From a plasmid: 64,000 nt of DNA. A model generated the notes under the pieces. It was given only the letters and a program-made list of their open reading frames with translations. It had not been told where the DNA came from and did no database searches. Positions 18,762 to 27,620 of this stretch are shown in pieces. Every line of letters starts with the position of its first letter. The stretch's first letter is position 1. Both the position numbers and the translations under genes were made by a program. Location: sequence record NZ_LR134454.1; one strand, written 5' to 3'.

Positions 18762-20297
18762 TCAGCGGGTGATCTCGACCTCGCGGGTCAGGCCCAGCAG
18801 GTCGAGGAAGGCGCGGTCGTGCGAGACGACGACGAGCGCGCCCTCCCACGACTTCAGCGCCTCCACCAGCAGCTCCACCGACGGGACATCGAGGTTGTTG
18901 GTCGGCTCGTCCAGCGCCAGCAACGACGGCGCGGGATCCCCGAGCAGGGCGATCGCCAGGGCGAGCCGCAGGCGCTCGCCCCCGCTGAGGGTGCTGACGA
19001 TCCGCTCGGACTGCCGTCCCCGGAACAGCATCCGGGCGAGCGCGGCGTGCGCGTGCTGGGCGTCGAGGTCGGGGTGGGCGTCGCGCACGGCGTCGAGCAG
19101 CGAACCTTCTTCAGCCGCCCCGAAGCGCACGTCCTGCGGGACGTAGCCGATCACCGTCGGCGGCTCCGCGGCCCGGGCGGCATCGATGGCGCGGCGCAGC
19201 ACCGTCGTCTTGCCCGCCCCGTTGGGACCCACGAGCGCGATTCGCTCCGGACCGACGACCTGCAGCGGACCGTCGTCGAGCTGCGTGCGGTGCAGTCCCG
19301 GGCCCGGTTCGGGCATGGCGATCCGGACGGAGCGGTCGTCGCGGACGCCCTCTTTGGCGGCGTCGAGCGCGTCGCGCGCGGAGTCGACGCGGTCCTCGTG
19401 GAGGCCGCGGTGCTTGCCCGCCGAGACCTCGGCGGCGTTCTTCCGCAGGCCCGCGATGATCTTCGGGACCCGCTTCTCGGCCTCGGCCTTCGCGGCGAAC
19501 CGCGCGCGACGATCCAGCTTGATCTGCGCTTCCACCAGGTCGCGGCGCTGCGCCTTGAGGTCGACCTTCGCCGACGTCACGGCCTGTTCCGCGGCGGCCT
19601 GCTCGGCGTCGAGCACCTCGCGGTAGTGCGAGTACGGCCCGCCGAAGACGCGGACGGACCCGCGGTACAGCTCGACGGTCGAGTCCATGCGGTCGAGCAG
19701 CGTGAGGTCGTGGCTGACCACGACGGCCGTCCCGCCGAATCGCTCCAGCGCCTCGGTGAGCAGGCCGCGGGCGCGCTCGTCGAGGTTGTTGGTCGGCTCG
19801 TCGAGGAGCAGGGTGTCGGGGCGGAGCAGCAGCTGACCCGCGATGGCGAGGAGGGTGGCCTCGCCGCCGGACAGCGTGCCGACGGTGCGGTCCAGGGCGC
19901 CGAGTCGCAGGCCGAGGCCGTCGAGGACCGCGGTCGCGCGCTCCTCGACGTCCCAGTCGTCGCCGACGGCCTCGAAGTCCTCGGGCTCGGCCGAGCCGCC
20001 CTCGATGCGGCGCAGGGCGGCGACGGTGCCGCCGATGCCCAGCGCGTCGGCGAGGGTGTCCTCCGGCCGTGCTTGCGGGTGTTGCGGGACGTAGCCGACC
20101 ACGCCGGTGCCGCTCACCGAGCCGGCCGTCGGGGTGATCCGACCTGCGAGGATGCGCAGCATGGTGCTCTTGCCGGCGCCGTTGGCGCCGACCAGGGCGG
20201 CGCGCCCGGCGGGGATGGTGAAGCTCAGGTCGTCGAAGACGACGGTGCCGTCGGGCCAGCGGAGGGAGAGTGCGGAGACAGCGAGAGAGGTAGCCAT
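18762..20297 (-). CDS. ABC-F family ATPase with two ABC domains and no TMD; size fits an ARE/ribosome-protection type
   Basis: Two Walker A sites (GANGAGKST and GPNGAGKTT) separated by a linker of about 80 aa. 511 aa. AAGGAG RBS. Confidence 0.85.
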   Translation of the reverse strand: MATSLAVSALSLRWPDGTVVFDDLSFTIPAGRAALVGANGAGKSTMLRILAGRITPTAGSVSGTGVVGYVPQHPQARPEDTLADALGIGGTVAALRRIEGGSAEPEDFEAVGDDWDVEERATAVLDGLGLRLGALDRTVGTLSGGEATLLAIAGQLLLRPDTLLLDEPTNNLDERARGLLTEALERFGGTAVVVSHDLTLLDRMDSTVELYRGSVRVFGGPYSHYREVLDAEQAAAEQAVTSAKVDLKAQRRDLVEAQIKLDRRARFAAKAEAEKRVPKIIAGLRKNAAEVSAGKHRGLHEDRVDSARDALDAAKEGVRDDRSVRIAMPEPGPGLHRTQLDDGPLQVVGPERIALVGPNGAGKTTVLRRAIDAARAAEPPTVIGYVPQDVRFGAAEEGSLLDAVRDAHPDLDAQHAHAALARMLFRGRQSERIVSTLSGGERLRLALAIALLGDPAPSLLALDEPTNNLDVPSVELLVEALKSWEGALVVVSHDRAFLDLLGLTREVEITR

Positions 20298-20742
20298 GAA
20301 TGCTCCTTGAGGTCGTCAGGAGCCGCGGCCGGTGGAATGGTCACACCAGGGCGTGCGGCAGGGCCGAGGACGTCTCAGGACAGCATGGCGCCGAGTCTAA
20401 TCACAGGTGCTTGCGCTCCGCATCGGAATTTCACGGGGACAGGAGTGTGATCTGCGTCCCACTCCGGCCCGTGGCGCTTGTGCGGCGCGCGGTGTGTGGT
20501 GCTACTTTCAAACCATGTCCGGGAGTCTTGAGGCCCATCTGCGCGTCGGTTATGAGACCGTCGCGCTGGGCTGCCGTCTCCCCATGGTTCGCGTGCACTG
20601 TCGAATGTGTTGCCGCTGAGCGTTCCCGCTCGCACTCTCGCCGGCCCTTCCACCTGGGCTGATCCGTTCGACAACTCCATTTCCACGCCAGCGCCCGGGA
20701 TGATTCCGGAGGTCGCGGCGTACGCACACACTTCGAGGAACC

Positions 20743-22053
20743 ATGACCGTCGTTGATCTCCCCGCCGTTTCCCCCACTCGCGCCCCGCAGGCCCGTCCCG
20801 CGCAGGCCCGCACCGCCCGGCCGCGCAATCCGCTGGCCCGGCCCGCCGCCGCCGAGCGCCAGGTCCGTACGGCCGCCCCCGCCCGCGTCTTCGCCCCGCA
20901 GTTGCGGGTCTCGGAGAAGCCCGCCGCTGCCGTGCTCCGCGTCATCCGGCGCGGCGGCCTGGTGCTCCGCGACGAGATCGTGCGCGAGACCCAGCTGTCC
21001 GCCGCGACCGTGAACCGCCAGGTCACGGCACTCATCGAGGCGGGCCTGGTGCGCGAGCGCGCCGACCGCGCGGCCAGTGGCGTCGTCGGCCGGCCCCGCC
21101 TGCCGCTCGAGGTCGACCCGAACGGCCCCGTCGCCCTCGGCATCCACATCGGCTTCCGCGTGAGCACGGTGACGATGCACGACGTCGCCGGCAAGGTCAT
21201 CGGCGCGATCCAGATCCCCACGCCCGAGAGCGGCGAGCCCGGTGAGGTGCTGTCGGTGATCGCCACCAGCGCGCGGCGGTTCCTCGCCCGTTGGGACGGT
21301 CGTACCGTTCTGGGTGCCGGCGTCGCGATCGGCGGCCGCGTGGACGACCGCGGTGTGGTCGCCGACCATCCGCGCCTCGGCTGGAAGGACGTCGCTCTGG
21401 GCGAACGCCTTTCGGGCGCGATCGGCCTGCCCGTGACGGTGGCCCCGCACGTCGAGGCGATGGCCGCCGCCGAGCTGCATCTGTCCGAGGAGTACGAGTC
21501 GCAGGGCTCCACCCTGTACTTCTACGGCCGCGAGACCGTGGGCGTCGCGCTCGCGCTGCACGGCGCGGTGCATTCGCCGAAGTCGGGCCCGCACACCATC
21601 GGACACCTGCCGACCCGCAACGTCGAGCTGCTCGACCCGAAGCGCACCGGCCGGCTCGAGGACGCCGTCACCGACACCGCTGTCGTGGATGCCGCACGCG
21701 CGCAGAAGCTTCCGGTGCGGACCATCGCGGACCTGCACAAGCTGGCCGACGGCGGCAACGAGACCGCGCGGGCCGTCGTCGCCGAGCGCGGTCGGGTGCT
21801 GGGCGAGGCCGCCGCGCTGGTGGCAGACATCTTCAACCCGGACCGGCTGATCCTGGGCGGCCAGGCCTTCACCGACCACACCGCGATCCTCCCGCACGTC
21901 TCCGCCGCGCTGAAGGCCACCTCGGCCGAGCCGGGCCGGTCGGTGCGGGTCAGCGGGGCCGGTGGGCGCGTGCAGCAGCAGGCCGCCGGTGCCGCCGCGC
22001 TCGACGGTGTCTACACCGACCCGCTCGGTGCCGTCTCCCGCGCGGTCGCCTGA
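20743..22053 (+). CDS. ROK family transcriptional regulator
   Basis: wHTH (…RRGGLVLRDEIVRETQLSAATVNRQVTALIEAGLV…) followed by a ROK sugar-kinase-like fold. It has a Pro/Ala-rich N-terminal extension. Confidence 0.8.
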   Translation: MTVVDLPAVSPTRAPQARPAQARTARPRNPLARPAAAERQVRTAAPARVFAPQLRVSEKPAAAVLRVIRRGGLVLRDEIVRETQLSAATVNRQVTALIEAGLVRERADRAASGVVGRPRLPLEVDPNGPVALGIHIGFRVSTVTMHDVAGKVIGAIQIPTPESGEPGEVLSVIATSARRFLARWDGRTVLGAGVAIGGRVDDRGVVADHPRLGWKDVALGERLSGAIGLPVTVAPHVEAMAAAELHLSEEYESQGSTLYFYGRETVGVALALHGAVHSPKSGPHTIGHLPTRNVELLDPKRTGRLEDAVTDTAVVDAARAQKLPVRTIADLHKLADGGNETARAVVAERGRVLGEAAALVADIFNPDRLILGGQAFTDHTAILPHVSAALKATSAEPGRSVRVSGAGGRVQQQAAGAAALDGVYTDPLGAVSRAVA

Positions 22054-22057
22054 CCGC

Positions 22058-23272
22058 TCACTTCGCGTCCTTGACCATGAGGTAGCTCGCCGACGCCTGC
22101 TGATGTGCCTGCGTGAGGGTGCCCACGCCGCTGGTCGAGACGTAGTACCGGCCCGCCGCGAAACTGCAGCTGTAAGCCTTGCGGGGAGCTCCGTTGGAGC
22201 GAGTGATCGACGACGCGCACCGGGATCCCGGGACGCCCGCCACGGTCGGCTCCTCGCTGGCGTTGCCGGACCCGCCGCCCTCGCCCGTCCGGTAGGCATC
22301 GGCGAGATAGCGCGCACTGGTGGCGCTGCGCGTGCGCGTCACCGTCGAGCCGGCGGCGGCGACCAGGTCGACGCCGGCGCGCTCGTGAAGCGTCTTCGTG
22401 GCGAGCCAGTCGTCGGCCGCCGCGTTCGCCCAGGCCTGGGGAGTGAGGTAGCCGAGGGCGAGCTGCGCCCCGTCGCCCGTACGGATGACGTCCGGCAGTG
22501 TCAGCGACATGATGCCGTCGCGGTCCGGCGGAAGCGTGAGCATCTGATCCGGCGTCGCGGTGAGCGCGCGCATCGCCACCGTCTGCCGGTCGAACCAGGA
22601 CGTCGCGAGGGCCTCGGCGACCGCATCGGCGACCTCGCTGAAGCCGATGACGAGCAGGTAGTCCTGGAACGGCATCCACCACACCGTGGTGAGGGAGCGG
22701 TTCGCCAGGCTGGTCCCCAGGAAGGCGTCGGTGTGGCCGGAGATGGGTGGGGATGGGTTGGAACCCACAGCCGCACGGATGGCCCGTGCCGCGGAGACCG
22801 CGTTGTCACTGGTCCGGTACCGGATGACGCCGGTCGTCATGCGCGCGGTGTTCGGCTGGGCACGCTCGACGAGCGCCGTCTGCCGCGCCGAGACGGCGCC
22901 GCCGACGTAGCTCCCGTTCTGTGATAGGCCGGAGATCAGCGGGATTCCGAAGACCATCCCCAGCGCGACGTCGGAGGGGAGGACCGGCGTCGTCGACGGC
23001 GCGGGCCAGTTGAAGGTCCGGTCCAATTCGGGTGGCGCGATGAGGTGGCCCGACAGCTCGTAGCTCGCCTGGACGCGCCGGTCATTGGAGTCCGTCCGCT
23101 CCGGCACCTGGCGCGGGGCCGTCGGGTAGCCGCCGGTGTCGAGGCGGCTCGTCGCGCTCGGGTCGGGCTGGGCGGTCCCGTCCACGACGGTCGCGCAGCC
23201 AGTGGCCGCCAGTGCTGTGGTCAGCATCACAGCGATGCCGTGCCGCCGGAATCCCCTCATAGCGGACAGCAT
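22058..23272 (-). CDS. Putative secreted lipoprotein
   Basis: Signal peptide plus lipobox (…LTTALAATGCAT…). Cys pairs in the C-terminal domain. Function unknown. Confidence 0.5.
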   Translation of the reverse strand: MLSAMRGFRRHGIAVMLTTALAATGCATVVDGTAQPDPSATSRLDTGGYPTAPRQVPERTDSNDRRVQASYELSGHLIAPPELDRTFNWPAPSTTPVLPSDVALGMVFGIPLISGLSQNGSYVGGAVSARQTALVERAQPNTARMTTGVIRYRTSDNAVSAARAIRAAVGSNPSPPISGHTDAFLGTSLANRSLTTVWWMPFQDYLLVIGFSEVADAVAEALATSWFDRQTVAMRALTATPDQMLTLPPDRDGIMSLTLPDVIRTGDGAQLALGYLTPQAWANAAADDWLATKTLHERAGVDLVAAAGSTVTRTRSATSARYLADAYRTGEGGGSGNASEEPTVAGVPGSRCASSITRSNGAPRKAYSCSFAAGRYYVSTSGVGTLTQAHQQASASYLMVKDAK

Positions 23273-23578
23273 TGCACGGATGTGTTGCTGCGGCGTTGAC
23301 GGGCCGGGGGTGTGCGGGGGCTGCGAATAGTCGGGCGAAAGTTACTGAAATGAATTCTCGTAGTCGATGTAGATGCTTACGAAACTTTGGTGCGCCGCGA
23401 TTGTCGCGCCGCGGATCCCTGGAGCCTGAGTCCGTGAATCCGGTTCTCACCAGGTCGCTCGTTGCAAACCCGCATACGGTGCAACATGTTCTCGTCGGCC
23501 GGTGTCGGCCGCGCCTGCGGGCGCGCGTCGTGGGGGCTCGCGCGGTGCGCGACCGACGCCCGTGACCGTGCACAACGT

Positions 23579-23602
23579 GATCGACAACCGGAATTGTCGA
23601 TC
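23579..23602. promoter_or_regulatory. Perfect inverted repeat GATCGACAA-N6-TTGTCGATC in the intergenic region upstream of the ESX locus
   Basis: Read directly from the sequence. It is about 150 bp upstream of the first ESX-side ORF. The flanking region is relatively AT-rich and also contains direct repeats TTGCAAT(C/G)CGG at about 23631 and 23671. Confidence 0.35.
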
Positions 23603-23756
23603 GCGATCCTGTGGGGTCTGACCTGGTCGTCTTGCAATCGGACAACGGTGGCTTCAAAGAAGTGCAGTTGCAATGCGGGTGGTACATTCTTTTGCGACAA
23701 CGAATTCAGTCGGTACGTATGTGCCGCCTGGCTGGGCAGACGGGAGGGTGGCATTG

Positions 23757-24056
23757 AGTTCCGACAAGGACGCCGGTGCGAACCTCGGCCAGAGCGCCGG
23801 TGCGCGCGCCATCGAGGCGCGCGCGGCGATAGCGACGGCGCAGTTGCGGTCGACCGTGACGTCGATCAGTTCCTCGGTGGGCTGCACCAGCTCGCACGGC
23901 GAGCGGATCGTCGAGACGATCGACGACCTCATCGACGACGTCATGCCCGAACTCGAGGCCGCCGAGGCCCTCACCGCCGGCCGGGGAGCCTCGGGCCCCG
24001 CGTCGCGTCCCTCGGTGTGGGTCGAGGCCCCGTCGACCGCGAGCGCTTCGTCGTGA
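23757..24056 (+). CDS. Small hypothetical protein at the head of the ESX locus
   Basis: Roughly 100-aa ORF. TTG/GTG start with GGGAGG upstream. No recognisable motif. Confidence 0.25.
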   Translation, partial: SSDKDAGANLGQSAGARAIEARAAIATAQLRSTVTSISSSVGCTSSHGERIVETIDDLIDDVMPELEAAEALTAGRGASGPASRPSVWVEAPSTASASS

Positions 24057-24110
24057 CCCCGTCGATCGTCGCGGCGGTGTCGCCGCGCCCGGCTTGAATG
24101 AGGTGTCGAA

Positions 24111-27100
24111 GTGATCGATCGCCCTGATACCCCCCACGCCGACGTCCTCCTCGAAGGGATCTGGGAGGACGAGGTGACGCCCGACGACCTCGCGTCTCGG
24201 GCGCTGTCCGCCGCCCAGGCGTCGTCGTACGCCTTCCGCGTCGCCAGCGAGGGCACCACTGCGACCGCCCAGCTGGGCGAGGTCGACGTCGCCGAGTTCC
24301 TCGAGTCCGAGACGGGCAAGTGGGCGCAGAGCTTCATCGGCATCGTCCGCGTGGGCGAGTCGCTCGTCCACGTCTCGCACGCGCTCGGCGAGCTCGCCCG
24401 CAGTCTGCAGCAGGTGAACCTCGAGCAGTCGGAGATCGTCTACCAGGTGGAGGCCGAGATCGAGGCCGCGGAGCGGCAGTCCGCTCAGGCGGGCGTCGAC
24501 CCGGCGGACCGGATCGCCGAGCTGATCGCCGGAGCCCGGGCGCGCGCCGCCGAGGTGGCGGAGAAGATGGTGACGCCCGAGACCTCCAGTGAGACGAAGA
24601 AGCCCGCCGCGGGCCTGGTGAGCGGGTTCATGGCGTTCGGACGGGTGCCGGGCGCGAGCGCCGAGGCGACCGAGCGCAACGGTCGCGTCGCCCGGAACGG
24701 TCACGCCCGCAACGGTTACGCGATCCGCAACACCCGCGCTGAGCAGAACGGCCGCGGCGCCACGAACGGTCACGACGCGGTGAACGGCCGTGCGGCCACG
24801 AACGGTCACGAGGCCGCCACCGGGCAGGCCGCGAACGGCCACGACACCGTCGAACCGCCGGCGATCGCGGAGACGAACGCCGCCGCGGCGGCGCAGGACG
24901 CCTTCGCGAACTCCGCCGACGACACTGCGATGGACCCCGGGTTCATGGGCTTCGGCCGCACGCCGTCGACCCCTGTTCCCCGCACCGACGAGGTCGCGAC
25001 AGAGTCCGTCGTCGCGGACGAGGCCGTCACGGATTCCCCGATCGAGGACGCCGCGCCGGAGACCGTCGACGAGCCCGTCACGGACGACGCCGCCGTGGAC
25101 GACGCAGCCGCGGACGACGCAGCCGCGGAGGAGAACTCCGAAGCCGACGCGCCTGTGCTCAGGAACGGGTTCCTCGGCCTGGGGCCGGCCCCGTCGCTGG
25201 GCATGCCCGCCGACGATGTCGCGGTGCCCGCGCTGCCCCAGCCGCTGGTGAACGGCTTCATGGCGTTCGGTCGCACGCCGGGTGCGGACCAGCCCACGAT
25301 CCAGGGCCCCAGCAGCGGACCGATCCCGGTCGCCGCGCCCACGCAGTTCCTTCCGATCCCGACGACGCCCGCGGAGATCGTGGCCGGCGATCTCGGGGCG
25401 ACCGACGGCCTCGAACTCGGCTCGCCGATGACGTTGTCCGGATCCGCCGACGGCCCGTCGCCCGATCGCGCGCCGCACGGCCGGGCGGACGCGATGGATG
25501 ACGGATTCCTGTCGTTCGGGCGCGTCCCCACCGGCGGGGCGTGGGGTGGCTCGGGCGTCCTTCCGACGGTGCCCGCCACCGCCGGTGTGACTCCCGCTGG
25601 AGTCCACGACGCTGATGCTGACGAGCCCGCCGTCGAGGTCGACGACCTCGACGAAGTCCAGGACGTGGCGGAGGAGAGCGACGACGTGGTGGAGACGGAG
25701 GCACTCGACGACGCGGTGGAGGACACCAGGCCCGACGAGCCTGCGGACGACGCCCTGTCGGGCGACGCCGTCGACGACGAGGCCGTCGACGATGTCGCGG
25801 ACCTCGATGACGAGGCCATCGATGACGAGGCCATCGATGACGAGGCCATTGACGATGGTCCGGACGACGTCGATTTCGCCGACGAGCTGGATACCGAGGC
25901 GGACGAGCTCGGAGAGCCCGACGAGCCGGCGCACGACGAGCCCGACGAGGACGTGCTCGACGACGTTCTCGACGAGACGGAATCCGACCTCGATGACGCC
26001 GACGGAACCCCGTCCGAGGGCGACGCCGACGACGCCGCTGAAGACGTTGCGGCGGAGGCGGAGCCGGCCGATGGCTCGGAGGCCGAAGCTGACGACACCG
26101 GGATCGTCGATACATCTGAGTCCGAGCCCGAGCCCGAGCCCGAGCCAGACGGGGCGGAGGCGGACGAGGCGAGCGATGATCCCGAGGTCGAGGTCGACCC
26201 GACCGAGGACGCCACGGCCGAGATCGAGGAGTCCGCGGCCGATTCCGACGACGTCGAGGTTGCGGAGGCCGACGAACACACCGCCGACGAGCATGCCGAC
26301 GAACAGGTCCAGGAGACGGACGCGGTACCGGCCGACAGTGCGCTCGAGAAGGACGAGCAGTCCGAGACCACACCGGAGGCAACGGAATCCGGACAGCCGG
26401 AGCCGGCGGACGCACCCGCCGCGGCTCCCGCAGCCGGGGAGAACAAGACCGCGTTCGCCGCGCCGAAGCCGGTGCGCAAGTCCGGCCCGGTCAAGTTCTC
26501 CGACCTGCTCAAGGCTGCGAACGCCAACAAGGTGGACCCCGCGCACATCGCGCCGGCGGTGCTCGTGGCGTCGGCGGAGATGCCCGTCGCGACCCCGGAA
26601 CCCGACCCCGAGGCATCCGCAGCCGACGAGACAGGGCCTGCAGCAGCAGTATCCGACATCCCCGCGGACGCGGCGGAGCAGCCGGAGGCCCCTGCCAAGC
26701 AGGCCCCCGTGCTCGCCACGGGGCCCGCGATCCTGGGCCGCACGGAACCGCTGGTGCTGCGCAAGAAGGTATCGCCGGCCGTGCAGCAGGTGCACGACGC
26801 GGTCGCCTCGATCCTCGGATCCCTGCGCGGCGGCCCCCACGGGCCCGAGTCCGGGTTGCACTGGGCCGCTGGCCTGTTGGTGAAGGACTTGGAGACGATC
26901 ATGGCCGTCACCACGTCGGATGCCGGCTGGCTCCCGCCCGGCGTGGTGATCCCCGCCGGCGTGCGGGTGCTGTGGAACATGCCCACCGGCTACCGCTGGG
27001 CATCGGTCGACGACCCGGTGCGCCAGCTGATCGAGTACGCCGAGCAGGAGGGCTACACGCTCACCGCTGTCGCCACCACGCACCCGAGCCGCGCGTACGC

Positions 27101-27620
27101 CCCCGTCGTGGGGGAGGAGAACATCGTCGGCGTGCTCCGGCCCGGCGCGGTGCTCCCCGGCGGCCGCAGCCGATTCGAGGCGACGGTGTCTCCGGCGCGC
27201 CTGCAGCACATCCGGTCGCTCGACCGCGAGCAGGCCGAGCGGCAGGCGCGCGCCCTGATCCGGGACCTGGAGACGCAGCCGATCGCGCCCGAACACGCCA
27301 TCGGGATCGAGGCCGCGCGCATCGACGCACGGTGCTTCCTCGACGAGCGCGACGAGGTGCCGCCCCCGGTCCTCGACCAATTGCACACCGACGAGCGGGC
27401 CCTGGGGGATGCCCTGAGCCTGGACCGGACGCCGGCCTCGGCCGAGGACCTCACGGCGCCCGCACCGGACGCGGCCCGCTTGCGCGACCGGATGTTGGAG
27501 CGGGCGATCCTCGTCGCCACGCTCGCCGCGGCGTACCACGACATCGAGTCGGCGGTGTACGCCTGGACGTACGCTCGGTTCCTCTCGAGCCAGGATCAGG
27601 ACGCCCCGCAAGCACGATGA
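24111..27620 (+). CDS. Large ESX secretion-associated (Esp-like) protein
   Basis: 1169 aa, GTG start. An N-terminal domain of about 150 aa is followed by roughly 600 aa of acidic/Pro/Ala low-complexity sequence carrying five GF[ML]x[FL]G[RP]xP motifs, then a globular C-terminal domain of about 350 aa. The stop overlaps the eccA start (ATGA). Confidence 0.6.
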   Translation: MIDRPDTPHADVLLEGIWEDEVTPDDLASRALSAAQASSYAFRVASEGTTATAQLGEVDVAEFLESETGKWAQSFIGIVRVGESLVHVSHALGELARSLQQVNLEQSEIVYQVEAEIEAAERQSAQAGVDPADRIAELIAGARARAAEVAEKMVTPETSSETKKPAAGLVSGFMAFGRVPGASAEATERNGRVARNGHARNGYAIRNTRAEQNGRGATNGHDAVNGRAATNGHEAATGQAANGHDTVEPPAIAETNAAAAAQDAFANSADDTAMDPGFMGFGRTPSTPVPRTDEVATESVVADEAVTDSPIEDAAPETVDEPVTDDAAVDDAAADDAAAEENSEADAPVLRNGFLGLGPAPSLGMPADDVAVPALPQPLVNGFMAFGRTPGADQPTIQGPSSGPIPVAAPTQFLPIPTTPAEIVAGDLGATDGLELGSPMTLSGSADGPSPDRAPHGRADAMDDGFLSFGRVPTGGAWGGSGVLPTVPATAGVTPAGVHDADADEPAVEVDDLDEVQDVAEESDDVVETEALDDAVEDTRPDEPADDALSGDAVDDEAVDDVADLDDEAIDDEAIDDEAIDDGPDDVDFADELDTEADELGEPDEPAHDEPDEDVLDDVLDETESDLDDADGTPSEGDADDAAEDVAAEAEPADGSEAEADDTGIVDTSESEPEPEPEPDGAEADEASDDPEVEVDPTEDATAEIEESAADSDDVEVAEADEHTADEHADEQVQETDAVPADSALEKDEQSETTPEATESGQPEPADAPAAAPAAGENKTAFAAPKPVRKSGPVKFSDLLKAANANKVDPAHIAPAVLVASAEMPVATPEPDPEASAADETGPAAAVSDIPADAAEQPEAPAKQAPVLATGPAILGRTEPLVLRKKVSPAVQQVHDAVASILGSLRGGPHGPESGLHWAAGLLVKDLETIMAVTTSDAGWLPPGVVIPAGVRVLWNMPTGYRWASVDDPVRQLIEYAEQEGYTLTAVATTHPSRAYAPVVGEENIVGVLRPGAVLPGGRSRFEATVSPARLQHIRSLDREQAERQARALIRDLETQPIAPEHAIGIEAARIDARCFLDERDEVPPPVLDQLHTDERALGDALSLDRTPASAEDLTAPAPDAARLRDRMLERAILVATLAAAYHDIESAVYAWTYARFLSSQDQDAPQAR

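Noticed and set aside
23673-24056. 127-aa ORF at the head of the ESX locus as a possible YbaB/EbfC-like EspH/EspL homologue.
   Set aside because: The position is suggestive, but the translation shows no recognisable YbaB-like pattern by eye, and the start codon is ambiguous (GTG or TTG directly abutting the RBS). It is kept only as a low-confidence hypothetical.
24111-27620. Short tandem repeats inside the Esp gene as a possible CRISPR array or minisatellite element.
   Set aside because: The units are 6-15 bp, in-frame, directly tandem with no spacers, and encode acidic peptide repeats. No cas genes are present, so this is not CRISPR.
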